A DNA stretch of 64,000 bases, from positions 224,001-288,000 of the forward strand of contig MTLY02000002.1 of assembly GCA_002011035.2 (NCBI GenBank), in the 5' to 3' direction. Under the pieces are notes generated by a model. It did no database searches. It was given only the letters and a program-made list of their open reading frames with translations, and was not told the origin of the DNA. This DNA is from Candidatus Hecatella orcuttiae (GTDB lineage: Archaea; Thermoproteota; Bathyarchaeia; Hecatellales; Hecatellaceae). The translations under genes and the position numbers were made by a program. Positions 20,229 through 30,974 of the stretch are shown one piece after another (position 1 is the stretch's first letter; each line of letters begins with the position of its first letter).

Positions 20229-21689
20229 CTATTTATATTCGTCGAAAACGATGGAAGTGCTGGTCTCTAATATCTCCCTGTTTTCCCTTCGGATTTCTCC
20301 TGTTAATCGGTCAAGAAGCTGGGGGCTGCGGATTCCTCGAACATCCAAAATGAAATCCCAGTCTCCAGACACGTCCCTAATCCTTACGGGAAGAGAATTT
20401 TCCAAGAATTTTTTCCTGATTCTTTTAACCAAACTTAACTCGTCGCAGGCAGGTTTGACTTTGAGGAAAATTAAGGCGTCAAGTTCAGTTTCGCCCGTGC
20501 CGGCTTGGTCGGAGGGTGGGGTTCCCAGTTTTTCTTCAATGATCCTCCAAACTTCAGGTCGACGGAGGGGGCGTCCCTTAGCCATGGAAATGTCCCGGAT
20601 GTTGTCAATGATGGCGGCTTTGACCTCCTTAGGAACTTCACAGCCTTCTAAGAGCTTCTCCACCAGTTCTTTAGACTGCATGGCTCCAAACTCGAACTCT
20701 CTTTTTAACCCGTATTTCTCCCAGTTGATGGTCTCGTAAGTTTCAGGACAGCGTAACACTCCTTTCTGGTGGGAGCCGGCCTTATGGACCCGAGCAAAGT
20801 AGCCTAGGATGGGAAAAGTAGGCGGGATAGGTATTCCGGAAGCCGCTGACACATAACGGTAAAGGGGAGGAATCTCCTTAAAATTGACGCCCGTGTCCAC
20901 TCCGTAGAAGGTTTCTAGGTTATCCATCAAAGTGGCTAGGTCGGCTATTCCGCATCTTTCTCCCAACCCCATGACGGCTACATGGACGCCGGTTGCTCCT
21001 CCCATGAGACCGGCCACGGAATTAGCCACCGCTAAGCCGCGGTCATTGTGGCAGTGAACATCCACTGGAACCCTAACGTTTTTCACCAAGGTTTCGATGA
21101 TGCTTCGGAAGCGGCTGGGCTCAACCTGACCCTTGGTATCAGGGATCCTCAGAACGTCGACTCCCGCCTCCTCAGCTACATGGGAGACCTGGATGAGGGT
21201 TTCCAGGGGGACGCTGGTAGCGTCTTCCATAGTGTATTGGACTACCTTAAAGCCTAGATCTTTTTTGGCAAACTCTATTATCTCGCCTATTCTCTGGAGA
21301 GCCTTCTCCAAAGGGAGACCGTCAAGTTTATACATGAGATGCTTCTCCGAGGGGGCTAAGACCACCACTACACCGTCGGTTTCGCATTCCTGAGCCACTT
21401 CTACATCTGCCTTGAGAGTTCTGCAGTGGCTGAGTAGTACGGCATCTCTGTAGCCTTTCTCTTTGAAGAGTTTAACAACCGCCTCAACCCCCTCCCGATA
21501 TTTGGGGCTGTAGGGTTGCCCTATTTCTAGGACTGTTTTCTTCGCCAAAACCCTGTAAAGCATCTCAGCTATAGCACATTTTTCCTCGGGTTTGAAATAA
21601 ACCCCGGGAGTCTGCTCTCCCTCTCGCAAGGTTGTATCCAGAATCCTCTGTAAGGCTATCTTCGCCTCAGCCACAGGTGTTCCCTTCAA
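20229..21689 (-). CDS. Homocitrate synthase / LeuA-family DRE-TIM enzyme with C-terminal Lrp/AsnC-type (RAM) regulatory domain
   Basis: LDTTLREGEQTPG, HCHNDRGLAVAN, GLGERCG, HKAG; tail ALIFLKV...VSGDWDFIL...ILETSTSIV is RAM-like. Confidence 0.8.
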   Translation of the reverse strand: MKGTPVAEAKIALQRILDTTLREGEQTPGVYFKPEEKCAIAEMLYRVLAKKTVLEIGQPYSPKYREGVEAVVKLFKEKGYRDAVLLSHCRTLKADVEVAQECETDGVVVVLAPSEKHLMYKLDGLPLEKALQRIGEIIEFAKKDLGFKVVQYTMEDATSVPLETLIQVSHVAEEAGVDVLRIPDTKGQVEPSRFRSIIETLVKNVRVPVDVHCHNDRGLAVANSVAGLMGGATGVHVAVMGLGERCGIADLATLMDNLETFYGVDTGVNFKEIPPLYRYVSAASGIPIPPTFPILGYFARVHKAGSHQKGVLRCPETYETINWEKYGLKREFEFGAMQSKELVEKLLEGCEVPKEVKAAIIDNIRDISMAKGRPLRRPEVWRIIEEKLGTPPSDQAGTGETELDALIFLKVKPACDELSLVKRIRKKFLENSLPVRIRDVSGDWDFILDVRGIRSPQLLDRLTGEIRRENREILETSTSIVFDEYK

Positions 21690-21714
21690 CTTTTCAAGAT
21701 CGATACTTTGAGGA

Positions 21715-22866
21715 TTAATAAACCCTCTTTTGACTTTCGGTTAGAAGCCTAGGGCCGCTACGGGTAACTGCCACAAGGTCTTCAATCCTTACTCCGAAAC
21801 TTCGAGGAAGATAAACCCCCGGTTCCACGGTTACCACGTTTCCATGCTGGAGGACATCTTGGCTACGGGCAGAGAGCCTAGGGGCCTCATGTACATCAAC
21901 CCCAACCCCATGCCCGAGACTGTGGATAAAATAAGCGTCGAAGCCTTCTTCGCTGAGAACCTTCCGTGCCATGGCATCCACTTCCCAGCCTTTCAGTCCC
22001 GGGAAAAGCCTTTTCAACACCTCAGACTGAGCTTTGCAAACCGCCCGGTAGACTTTAATCTGTCTTGGAGACGGCTTACCTACGAAGACCGTTCTCGTCA
22101 AGTCTGAGTGGTAGCCGGCGAACCTAGCTCCGATGTCTATGACCACCGTGTCACCCTCTCGGAGCCTTCTATCAGTACATCCGCCATGGGGGAAACTGGA
22201 CCTCAGCCCCGAGGCTACTGTGGTGTCAAAGGCACATCCTTCAGCACCCTTCTTCCTCATGGCATACTCGCCTTCAGCAGCCACCTCATATTCCTTAACT
22301 CCGGCTTTGACGGCTTCCACAGCTGCTTCCAAACCTGCATCAGCAATCTTGGCCGCTGCCTTCAGTATTTCCAGTTCAGCCTCGTCCTTAACCTGCCTCA
22401 TGCGAGAAAGAATTTCAGGACGATGTTCGAATTTCCTCTTGGAGAGTTTTTTTCTAAAAAATTGAAACCTAGGGAAAGACAATTCGTCGAAGCCTATTTT
22501 CTCCGCAGGAAAGTCTTGGAGCCTTTCAGCCACACTCTCATCTGGGTTTTCACTCGTCCTTAAAATTTCCAAATCCATATCTTTAACTTCATTCTTAACC
22601 AAAGCACTGTCCATGAGGGAGGTGAACAGAATCGGCCTAGCTTCGGGGGTTACCAGCATCGCGTGAGCGGCCCTGCGTAAGGGAGAACTGGCGGTTAGAT
22701 ACTGAATATTAGAGGGGGATGCACAGAGATAAGCGTGAAATCCGAGTTTGGTCAATTCAATGTTTAAATCTGCAACACGACGGCGAGACTTATTCCTGAG
22801 GGAGCGCATCTCTTTCGCCTTTGGAGGATACTTTTTAAATCTTTTAGGCATATTTTCGACCGACAT
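21715..22866 (-). CDS. Xaa-Pro aminopeptidase/dipeptidase (M24)
   Basis: PHG, IDIGA..GYHSDLTRT, HSLGHGVGVDVHE, TVEPGVY, GVRIED; real start may be downstream. Confidence 0.92.
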   Translation of the reverse strand: MSVENMPKRFKKYPPKAKEMRSLRNKSRRRVADLNIELTKLGFHAYLCASPSNIQYLTASSPLRRAAHAMLVTPEARPILFTSLMDSALVKNEVKDMDLEILRTSENPDESVAERLQDFPAEKIGFDELSFPRFQFFRKKLSKRKFEHRPEILSRMRQVKDEAELEILKAAAKIADAGLEAAVEAVKAGVKEYEVAAEGEYAMRKKGAEGCAFDTTVASGLRSSFPHGGCTDRRLREGDTVVIDIGARFAGYHSDLTRTVFVGKPSPRQIKVYRAVCKAQSEVLKRLFPGLKGWEVDAMARKVLSEEGFDAYFIHSLGHGVGVDVHEAPRLSARSQDVLQHGNVVTVEPGVYLPRSFGVRIEDLVAVTRSGPRLLTESQKRVY

Positions 22867-23154
22867 TTCTTGGGAGGGGGTCTCCGTATCAGATCATTTT
22901 ATACAAATGTATCTAAATAGATCTGCTTAAGATAGAAAGCTTTTTAAAAGTTTTAAGATAAAAATACAGCAAGTTGAACGAGAACTGCCCCTTCTTCAGC
23001 CTATTTTATCCTGTTCTGGTGAAAAAAAGATTTTTACCGTTATTTGGACAGGATATATTAGGTTTTGATATGCCCCGACGTTTCGCTTTTCTTATCTTTA
23101 GAGGGAACTCTCAAAAAACAGTAAAATCAGCAATAAGGGAATAGGAGGAGCCCA

Positions 23155-26100
23155 TTGGTAACCATAAAAAAATTGGAGATGGTGGGTTTCAAAACCTTCG
23201 CCAGGAAAACTTCGATTACCTTTGATAAAGGCCTCAATGTCATCGTAGGGCCCAATGGAAGTGGAAAAAGCAACATCGTGGACGCCATCCAGTTTGTCCT
23301 CGGAGAGCTAAGTTGGAGGGCTTTGAGAGCGACCAGCAACTTTTCCTCTCTCCTGTTTCACGGCAACGGGGAAGTACCTAGGGCTAGGTATGCCACCGTC
23401 ACCCTTCATCTGAACAACCAAGACAGGAAAATTCCAGTGGACACAGATGTGGTCACAATTTCAAGGCATATTGGAAGCGACGGAACGAGCATTTACAAGG
23501 TTAATGGGAAAAAATACTCCCGAAGCACATTACTGGATCTTTTGGGTGTAGCTTCTCTTACAGGAAGCATGAACATCATCTTCCAAGGAACAACTATGAA
23601 AATAGCGGACTATTCTCCGGAAGAACGTAGAGAGAACATAGAGAACATTATCGGGATATCGGAGTACGACAAGAAAAAGCAGGAGGCACGGGAGCAACTT
23701 AGGGAGGCTGAAACCAACATCAAAGTTGCCCAAGGAAAATATGAGGAAATAAAGAAAAGAGTTATCGAATTGGAAAGAGAAAGAAACGACCTTCTTCGAT
23801 ATAATTACGTGAAAAATCAGTTGGCGACGTTGAAAGCAAATCGTCTTTCAGTCCGCATCCAGAAACTAGACGAAGAGCTGGAAAGGCTGAAAAAAGAGGT
23901 GGAAGATAGGTCAAGGCAGCTGAGCGATTACCGGCTTCAGAAGGAAAGACTGGAAGCTGAACGCCACGCCAGGCAAAAGGATATGCATGAATACACTGTT
24001 AGAGTGGTAGATAAAGGTGGAGATCAGCTGGTTTCCATCCAAAGCCAGATCGGCGACATCAACTCCGAGATCGCGGGCCTTAAGACCACCATATCTTCGG
24101 CTCAGACAAATCTCAAAACCCTAGAAGTTATGCGCTTAGAAAAAATGGAGGCGTTGAAGAAACTACGCGAAGATGCAGTCGCTGTTCGGAGAGAACGGGC
24201 GAGGCTTATAAGAGCTAGAAATCAGATTCAGGCTCTTCTATCCCAAAAAGAAAAAGCTGCAGAGCAGATTAAAGGCAAAATATGGGAGATAAAAAATTCT
24301 CTGGACGAAAACGCTGCTAAACTTTCCAGCTTAGAAGAGGAAACGAGGAAACTGGAATCCGAGCTGGCTCGTCTACACGTGAAAATCAAGGCTGAAAAAG
24401 AAAGCGTTAATGTGTTAACAGATCAGCTTCAAGTTTTAAACTCTCGAAAGGCAACCTTCGAAAACCTGCATGAGAGTTTCTCCAGCCGCCTGAAGGAAGT
24501 TAATGGACTTAAGCAGAAGGAACAGAAAGGCTACCAAGAAGTATTGGCGGCCATAGAGAGAATTAAAACTCAGAGGGAAATTGCTGAAGCTGAAATCTCC
24601 AAGGCTGACAAGATTGCGAAGCGGGCGAGAGTTAATGTGGCTGAGTTTGAATCTCGAAGAAATTTAGCCGACTCAGTACTTTCTGAGGAGAAGGCATTGG
24701 CGCACATAGAAGGCCTCGCTGAGTTGAAAGCTCTCTCGGGCGTTCACGGCAGACTGGCTGGGAAAATAAGGATTGCAGCCGGGTACAGAAAAGCGGTGGA
24801 AGCCGCTGCGGAAGGCTGGCTTCAAGCCTTGATAGTTGAGAACTTGGAAGTGGTCAGAAGATGCGCGGACAGTTTGAAGAGGGCTAAAATAGGCAGGGTT
24901 AAGCTTCTTCCCTTAGCGAGTTTAGAAAAAGTTCGGTCCGTAGGGAAACCGCCTATTGAAGGCATATTGGGCTCAGCGGCTTCTTTTGTGGAATGCGCCA
25001 ACAAGTTTAGACCTGCTGTCAACTTTGTTCTAGGAGACACTCTTGTGGCGGTGGACGGGGAAACAGCCCTCCAAGCTTCGGCGAAAGGCTACAGGGTTGT
25101 AACGGTGGAGGGGGAAGTCTACGAGCCAGGCATACGGCTGGAGGTAGGCTTCTACAGGGAGCCCATAGACCTTTCAGACGTTATCCCCAGCGGGGAAACC
25201 GTTAAAATGCTGAATGAAACTGTAGCCTCTTTTGAACGCCTCCTCAGCAGGAGACAGGCTGACTTGAAGCATCTGAGCGAAGAACTAATCAGGCTGGAGG
25301 GTGAGAAGGTGCTTCGGGAGGATACGATAAAGTTTCTTGAACGGGAGGCCGCGGGCTTAACCCAAAACATGGAAAGAGCTCACAAAAGCATTGTTGAATT
25401 GAATAGGAGAATCAGAAGTTTCACCCATCGACGCGATAAACTTCAAGCTGAAATCGAAGGAGCAGAGGCTAGAGTAGCTCAGATTGAACAGAGGCTGCAT
25501 AAGCTACGGGTTGAGGCAGCGAACATAAGGAAAAAGTTGAAGCCGGAAACCATGACCAAGTTGGAAGGTGAGAACGCTGAGTTGGAGAGTGAAATCAGTG
25601 AATATCACCGTCGACTCAACGAGATTAACAGTCAACTGTCCTCCAACGAGTCCAACCTAGAACACGTATATCTGCCTTCTCTGAAAACAGGGAAGAGAGA
25701 ACTCTCTGGAATAGAGAAAAACATCAGAAAACGAAGAGAGGAAATAGAGGTAGCTAAAAGGAGAATGGAGGAAGCTGAGTCTAAGCTTAAAAGTTTACAG
25801 CGGGAGAAAGAAAACTTTTCAGCAATGATGACTACGAAGAAGGAGGAATACAGGAAATTCGAGGAAGAAATCGAGAATATCAACAAGGAGCTCCAGAGGA
25901 TTGAAAAACGATGCGAGCCCCTCAACGAAGAAATCAACGGACTAAACCAGAGAATTCTCAGACATCAATTGGAACGAGAGCAGATCATCAACGAACTTAA
26001 GAGCCTAGGATACGAGCAGCCCCGGGAAGTAAGTGTAGAGGAAGAGAGAGTTTCTGAAGGGCTGTTTGAAAGTTTTCAAAGGGAACATGATCGCCTCTAT

Positions 26101-26706
26101 GGAAGGTTAAACATGAACGCTGCAGCCCTCTATCCAACTCACATGAAAACCTACAAGGAACTTTCCACGAAGATAAACCAGCTGGAGGAGGAAAAGAGAG
26201 AAATATTAACGTTCATGGAGAACGTGGAGAGAGAAAAGAGAGATGCCTTCTTCTCAGCTTTGGAGAAACTTAACCAGAAGTTCTCCGAAACTTTCAGCGC
26301 CATAACAAACGGCAAGGGGTGGATTCAATTGCAGAACCCCGATGAGCCTTTCTCGGAAGGCTTGGACATCATCGTGGAGTTTCCAGGAAAACCTCCTATG
26401 CCTGTGGCTGCGGCCAGCGGCGGGGAGAAATCCGTGGTAGCTGTATGCTACATCTTCGCCCTCCAAAGCCTCACCAAGACTTCTCCCTTCTACATCCTCG
26501 ACGAGATAGACGCTCATCTTGATTCCGTGAATGCTTCAAGGCTGGCCGAACTGCTGGCCAGAGAATCGAAGGAGTCGCAGATGATAGTTATTTCGTTCAA
26601 AGACACTGTGGCTGCTAAGGCGGACAAGATTTTCGGAGTCTACGTGAAAAACGGAATATCATACCTCCACTCTCTCCCTCTGCAAGTGATGGAGGCTGCT
26701 TCATGA
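23155..26706 (+). CDS. smc: Chromosome segregation protein Smc (condensin)
   Basis: [18 protein letters not shown], long coiled coils, central hinge (GVHGRL...VLGDTLV...VTVEGE), [15 protein letters not shown]. Confidence 0.96.
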   Translation: MVTIKKLEMVGFKTFARKTSITFDKGLNVIVGPNGSGKSNIVDAIQFVLGELSWRALRATSNFSSLLFHGNGEVPRARYATVTLHLNNQDRKIPVDTDVVTISRHIGSDGTSIYKVNGKKYSRSTLLDLLGVASLTGSMNIIFQGTTMKIADYSPEERRENIENIIGISEYDKKKQEAREQLREAETNIKVAQGKYEEIKKRVIELERERNDLLRYNYVKNQLATLKANRLSVRIQKLDEELERLKKEVEDRSRQLSDYRLQKERLEAERHARQKDMHEYTVRVVDKGGDQLVSIQSQIGDINSEIAGLKTTISSAQTNLKTLEVMRLEKMEALKKLREDAVAVRRERARLIRARNQIQALLSQKEKAAEQIKGKIWEIKNSLDENAAKLSSLEEETRKLESELARLHVKIKAEKESVNVLTDQLQVLNSRKATFENLHESFSSRLKEVNGLKQKEQKGYQEVLAAIERIKTQREIAEAEISKADKIAKRARVNVAEFESRRNLADSVLSEEKALAHIEGLAELKALSGVHGRLAGKIRIAAGYRKAVEAAAEGWLQALIVENLEVVRRCADSLKRAKIGRVKLLPLASLEKVRSVGKPPIEGILGSAASFVECANKFRPAVNFVLGDTLVAVDGETALQASAKGYRVVTVEGEVYEPGIRLEVGFYREPIDLSDVIPSGETVKMLNETVASFERLLSRRQADLKHLSEELIRLEGEKVLREDTIKFLEREAAGLTQNMERAHKSIVELNRRIRSFTHRRDKLQAEIEGAEARVAQIEQRLHKLRVEAANIRKKLKPETMTKLEGENAELESEISEYHRRLNEINSQLSSNESNLEHVYLPSLKTGKRELSGIEKNIRKRREEIEVAKRRMEEAESKLKSLQREKENFSAMMTTKKEEYRKFEEEIENINKELQRIEKRCEPLNEEINGLNQRILRHQLEREQIINELKSLGYEQPREVSVEEERVSEGLFESFQREHDRLYGRLNMNAAALYPTHMKTYKELSTKINQLEEEKREILTFMENVEREKRDAFFSALEKLNQKFSETFSAITNGKGWIQLQNPDEPFSEGLDIIVEFPGKPPMPVAAASGGEKSVVAVCYIFALQSLTKTSPFYILDEIDAHLDSVNASRLAELLARESKESQMIVISFKDTVAAKADKIFGVYVKNGISYLHSLPLQVMEAAS

Positions 26707-27398
26707 GTTCACGGCCTAGAGAAAAACCTTTCTGGCTCAGGCCGCCTTGGCAGATTCTCTTCGACTTGGCGAAGCTTTACAAGGTTCGCCCATGGGATTT
26801 AAACATAGCTCGCTTGCTGTCCACCTTTCTGAATGAAATGAGGAAGACAGGGTACATCGACTTCGCTGCTTCAGGCACGGCTTTACTGTCCTCCAGCACT
26901 ATTCTCCGTCTTCAGTCGGAAACGATAATGAAGCCTGAAGAGCCTCCTGAAACCCCTGAAGCCAAGCCAATGGAGCCTATTCCTCCTGCGCTTCAGCTGC
27001 CTTTTCGATACGAGTTTACTTCAACAACTTTGGACAATCTTTTAGCGGCTTTGGAGGAAATTTTAAAAATTGAAACCGTAAGAAAAACCATTAAAGTTTC
27101 GCCGATCACTCCTCCTGTGGCTGAGTTTTTCCGAGAATATGAACAGTTTACCATTCAAGAAGATGAGCTGGAAGATTTTTATGTTCAACTTCAGCAAAAG
27201 CTCAAAGGTAAAGCCACTTTACCTTTATCCCAGTTGGTCAAGGGAAAAAACAGGCTTGAAACAGTGCGAATTTTCATGATCCTTCTGTTTCTAGCTTCCC
27301 AAGGCCGGATTGAACTTATTCAGGAAGAGGAATTTGGGGAAATTGAAATAGCCTTAAACTCGGAGCTCAGTGAAGTTGACAGAATCCTCACAACTTAA
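26703..27398 (+). CDS. scpA: Segregation and condensation protein A (kleisin)
   Basis: VRPWDLNI N-terminus; C-terminal WH FMILLFLASQGRIELIQEEEFGEI; overlaps smc stop. Confidence 0.9.
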   Translation: MSSRPREKPFWLRPPWQILFDLAKLYKVRPWDLNIARLLSTFLNEMRKTGYIDFAASGTALLSSSTILRLQSETIMKPEEPPETPEAKPMEPIPPALQLPFRYEFTSTTLDNLLAALEEILKIETVRKTIKVSPITPPVAEFFREYEQFTIQEDELEDFYVQLQQKLKGKATLPLSQLVKGKNRLETVRIFMILLFLASQGRIELIQEEEFGEIEIALNSELSEVDRILTT

Positions 27399-28017
27399 AG
27401 AACTGGATAAACATCCAGAGAAACTCCTCCTAGAGCCCACGGGGGAGGCTGAGGAGCTTCAAGCCAAAAAAAGGTTGATAGAGGCAGCCCTTTACGTTGC
27501 CGGTTATCCCTTGGAACTTAAAACCCTCTGCTCTGTAGCTCAGATATACTCAAAGAGAAAAGTTCAGGAGCTGGCCCGCAGCCTAGCTGAAGAATACAAA
27601 GCACGGAACGGTTGCTTGGAAATTTTAGAGCTGGAAGACGGAAGATTTGTGATGCAGCTGAAAACCGAGTATGTTCCCCGGGTTAGAAGGCTTTCAATAA
27701 AGCCGCTGTTAACCGAGGGTCCCTTGAGGACCTTGTCTTACATTGCCTATAAGCAGCCTGTGCCCCAAGCTAAGGTTATCGATGTGAGGGGTCCGCAGGC
27801 CTATGAACACATCCATAGACTGCAGGAGATGGGTCTCATCGGCCGGGAAAAGTTTGGAAAGTCCCATTTGCTGAGAACAACCTCGGTCTTCTCCGACTAT
27901 TTCGGTCTGAGTAAAGAGCTGAAGTTGATGAAAAAGCAGCTGGAAGCCATGTTCACCCAAGCTGAAAAGGAGGCGACCAAACGGCGGGAAGAGAAAACCC
28001 CCGCTTCTCAAGGCTAA
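27370..28017 (+). CDS. scpB: Segregation and condensation protein B (kite)
   Basis: IEAALYVAG, LRTLSYIAYKQPV, VRG, TTSVFSDYFGL. Confidence 0.93.
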   Translation: MKLTESSQLKELDKHPEKLLLEPTGEAEELQAKKRLIEAALYVAGYPLELKTLCSVAQIYSKRKVQELARSLAEEYKARNGCLEILELEDGRFVMQLKTEYVPRVRRLSIKPLLTEGPLRTLSYIAYKQPVPQAKVIDVRGPQAYEHIHRLQEMGLIGREKFGKSHLLRTTSVFSDYFGLSKELKLMKKQLEAMFTQAEKEATKRREEKTPASQG

Positions 28018-28128
28018 AAATTTTTCACTACGGCTTTTTAGCTTTCAATCTGTTAAAGAAAAAAGATATTACTGCGAATAGCTAAAAAAAAAGTTGTATT
28101 TCCATTGTTCTTTCAGGCGGCGGACTTC

Positions 28129-29073
28129 ATGGTAACCGACAGCTACGGAAGGCCGATGACCAACCTGAGAATAGCAGTGACCCAGCGGTGCAACTTCAAG
28201 TGCATCTACTGCCATGAGGAGGGAGATCCTAGAAGAGGTGAAGCAGAACTGACTCCTGAAGAGATCAGGAGGATAGTTGAAACGGCCAGCGAACTGGGGG
28301 TGAAGAAAGTTAAGATAACGGGAGGAGAGCCGCTTCTCAGAAAAGACCTCTGCGAAATTGTTTCCGGAATCAGGGAGGTACATGGAATAGAGGAGGTTTC
28401 GATGTCCACCAACGGTTCCCTTCTTCTCGACTACGCCCATGCTCTCAAGGACGCAGGTCTGAAAAGGGTAAACGTTAACCTTCCCTCCATAAAGCGAGAA
28501 GTCTACCAGAAGGTCACCGGTTTCTCCCAACTGGACAAGGTTAAAAAAGGCCTTTTCGTCGCGGAGAAAGTAGGGCTGACGCCTGTTAAAATAAACATGG
28601 TAGTCCTTAGGTCGGTTAACGAAGGAGAGATATGGGATCTGGTGAACTTCATTGAGGGAAGAAACTTCGTCCTCCAGCTTATCGAGCTTGAAAGACTGGG
28701 GAATGGAGTTGCTTTTTATGAAAAATACTACGCAGATCTCCAAAGCATCCAAGAGCAACTGGAAGCCAGAGCTGCAGAGGTTACAGTTAAAAGTCTCCAC
28801 AACCGTCGAGTTTACCGGCTGAAGGGTGGCGGGGCTCAGGTGGAATTGGTTAGGCCTTTTCACAACTCAGACTTCTGCATGAACTGCACTCGCATGAGGG
28901 TAACGGCCGGTGGGGAGCTGAAACCCTGCCTGATGAGGTGTGACAACTACGTGAATATCGCTTCCCCTCTGCGGAGAGCAACTTCAAAGGAGGAGTTAAA
29001 ACGGATTTTCTTGGAGGCTGTAAAAAGACGGGAACCCTACTTTGGGGATGGAGGCTGCCGAAAAGTCTCATAG
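28129..29073 (+). CDS. moaA: GTP 3',8-cyclase (radical SAM)
   Basis: DSYGRP, CNFKCIYCH, TGGEPLLR, FCMNCTRMRVT...LKPCL. Confidence 0.95.
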   Translation: MVTDSYGRPMTNLRIAVTQRCNFKCIYCHEEGDPRRGEAELTPEEIRRIVETASELGVKKVKITGGEPLLRKDLCEIVSGIREVHGIEEVSMSTNGSLLLDYAHALKDAGLKRVNVNLPSIKREVYQKVTGFSQLDKVKKGLFVAEKVGLTPVKINMVVLRSVNEGEIWDLVNFIEGRNFVLQLIELERLGNGVAFYEKYYADLQSIQEQLEARAAEVTVKSLHNRRVYRLKGGGAQVELVRPFHNSDFCMNCTRMRVTAGGELKPCLMRCDNYVNIASPLRRATSKEELKRIFLEAVKRREPYFGDGGCRKVS

Positions 29074-29124
29074 AGTTCAACCTCCGCAAGCCGCAAAACT
29101 TTAATTGGGGAATGAAACCTGAAG

Positions 29125-29574
29125 ATGAAGAAAACCTCCATGGTGGATGTTACCCCTAAACCTGTGGTTTTCAGAGAGGCCTCCGCGGAAGGTCTCCTAA
29201 GGTTGAGACCGTCCACGGTGAGGAGGATCAGGAGAGGAGAGGTGGAGAAGGGAGACCCCTTGGAGGTGGCGAGGTTAGCCGGGATTCTAGCGGCGAAAAA
29301 TACCAGTCAGTTTGTGGCCTTATGTCATCCTCTTCCCCTTACCCACGTGGATGTGGCGGTGGACATCGCTGACGGTCGAACTGTCAGGGTGGTTTCCACG
29401 GTGAGAGCTGAGGCTAAGACGGGGGTGGAAATGGAAGCCTTGGTGGCAGCCGCTACGGCCCTTCTAAACGTTTGGGATATGGTTAAAAAATACGAGAAAG
29501 ACCGCGGGGGACAGTATCCCACCGCGGAGATTTTAAGTCTGCGGGTGAAAAAGAAGTTTAAGGGCGAACCTTGA
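29125..29574 (+). CDS. moaC: Cyclic pyranopterin monophosphate synthase
   Basis: MVDVTPK, KGDPL, LCHPLPL, TGVEMEAL, WDMVK. Confidence 0.95.
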   Translation: MKKTSMVDVTPKPVVFREASAEGLLRLRPSTVRRIRRGEVEKGDPLEVARLAGILAAKNTSQFVALCHPLPLTHVDVAVDIADGRTVRVVSTVRAEAKTGVEMEALVAAATALLNVWDMVKKYEKDRGGQYPTAEILSLRVKKKFKGEP

Positions 29575-30101
29575 GCAAGTCTTCTGTAAGGCATAAAAAA
29601 GAGGCGCCTTCCACCCTCCGTTTTGCTGTAGTCACCATCAGCACTTCTAAATACCAGCAGCGAAAAACTGGGAAGAATGTGGAGGATGAATCTGGGAAAC
29701 TAATCGTCGACCTCCTCCAGCAGGCCGGCCATCGAGTTGTCTTTAGGGAGCTTATCCCTGACAGCCTCAGGAAAATTCGAAATATCCTCCGAAGGGCTTT
29801 AAGAAGACAGGACGTAGACGCCGTGGTCACAACGGGAGGTACAGGGGTAACTCCTAAGGACGTAACCATTGAAGCCGTAAAGGGTCTTCTGGAAAAGGAG
29901 CTTCCGGGCTTCGGGGAGCTTCTCAGAAAAATAAGCTATGAAAAAATAGGCTCCGCCGCCTTGATGACTAGGGCCGTGGCTGGGGTTTCCGGAGGGAAAG
30001 CAGTCTTCTGCCTGCCAGGGTCGCCTCACGCCGTGGAGGTGGGGGTTAAGCATCTCATAATCCCCGAGGCCCCTCATGTGGTTAAGCATGCCAAGGAGTA
30101 A
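29571..30101 (+). CDS. moaB: Molybdopterin adenylyltransferase MoaB/MogA family
   Basis: DESG, TTGGTGVTPKDVT, PGFGE, LPGSP. Confidence 0.93.
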   Translation: MSKSSVRHKKEAPSTLRFAVVTISTSKYQQRKTGKNVEDESGKLIVDLLQQAGHRVVFRELIPDSLRKIRNILRRALRRQDVDAVVTTGGTGVTPKDVTIEAVKGLLEKELPGFGELLRKISYEKIGSAALMTRAVAGVSGGKAVFCLPGSPHAVEVGVKHLIIPEAPHVVKHAKE

Positions 30102-30109
30102 CCTTACCC

Positions 30110-30913
30110 TTGCCCCGTTACGCTGTCAGACTTTACTATGAGGGAGATGGATACCACGGTTTTCAACCTCAGAGGGAAAAGAGAACCGTAGGCGGGGAAG
30201 TCATTTCAGCCCTCCTGAGGTCAGGCCTCGTAAGCAGCCGGGTCTCCGCTCACTTTCAAGCAGCCTCTCGAACCGACCGGGGGGTCAACGCCCTCAATCA
30301 AACCGTCGCCTTTCACGCTGACCAGCCTCTCAACCTTCGAAGGCTTAACGCCTTCCTCCCCTGCGACATCAGAGCCTGGGCTTGGGCGGAGGTTCCTGCT
30401 CAGTTTAACCCGAGAAAAGAGGCTGTGGAGAGGCAGTATCTATATTTGGCTCCCTACCAAGGAGAGGACATGGAAAAAATGAGAGAAGCCGCACGGATTC
30501 TCTTGCAGCATACCTCTTCCCAAGCTGAGCATAGGAAGCGTGCAGACTGGCTTACACCCTTGAAAAAGCTTAAGGTTAAGCTGTGGCGAGGTTTACTTTT
30601 GTTCGAGTTTTCTTCCAAAGGCTTTGTGAAGGGGGCGGTAAGGAAGGCGTCGGGGCTTATTCTGAAAGTCGGCAGAGGAGAAATCCGGCTGGAGGATATA
30701 GGGCCTATGCTCCAAGAGAAGGAAAGCTGTTTGAGTATACCTCCGGCCCCTCCGGAGAATCTACTACTTGCAGACATAAAATATGAGAAGATAAAGTTCA
30801 AGGTGGACGGGGGGGCTGTGAGGGAAATCATGGGAAGGCTGCGGAAAACTGTCCACCGAGGGGAGTTTGCGAGGCTCTGCCTCGCCAAGCTACCCAGAAA
30901 CGTTAATTTCTAG
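30110..30913 (+). CDS. truA: tRNA pseudouridine(38-40) synthase
   Basis: YEGDGYHGFQ, ASRTDRGVNA (catalytic Asp), PAPPENLLL; second half divergent. Confidence 0.85.
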   Translation: MPRYAVRLYYEGDGYHGFQPQREKRTVGGEVISALLRSGLVSSRVSAHFQAASRTDRGVNALNQTVAFHADQPLNLRRLNAFLPCDIRAWAWAEVPAQFNPRKEAVERQYLYLAPYQGEDMEKMREAARILLQHTSSQAEHRKRADWLTPLKKLKVKLWRGLLLFEFSSKGFVKGAVRKASGLILKVGRGEIRLEDIGPMLQEKESCLSIPPAPPENLLLADIKYEKIKFKVDGGAVREIMGRLRKTVHRGEFARLCLAKLPRNVNF

Positions 30914-30974
30914 GCTTGCTAAGGTTATCTCTGAACCTAAGCATCTTCAGCGTAGGGCTACTGACGGGGTAAAA

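Noticed and set aside
22870-23155. AT-rich intergenic region as a replication origin
   Set aside because: No ORB-like repeats with G-strings and no cdc6/orc1 gene; explained by divergent promoters of the peptidase and smc
28035-28088. Inverted repeat TTTTTAGCT / AGCTAAAAA upstream of moaA as a Moco riboswitch or operator
   Set aside because: Low-complexity 9-bp arms 36 nt apart in AT-rich DNA; no resemblance to the multi-stem Moco RNA; could be chance or terminator sequence
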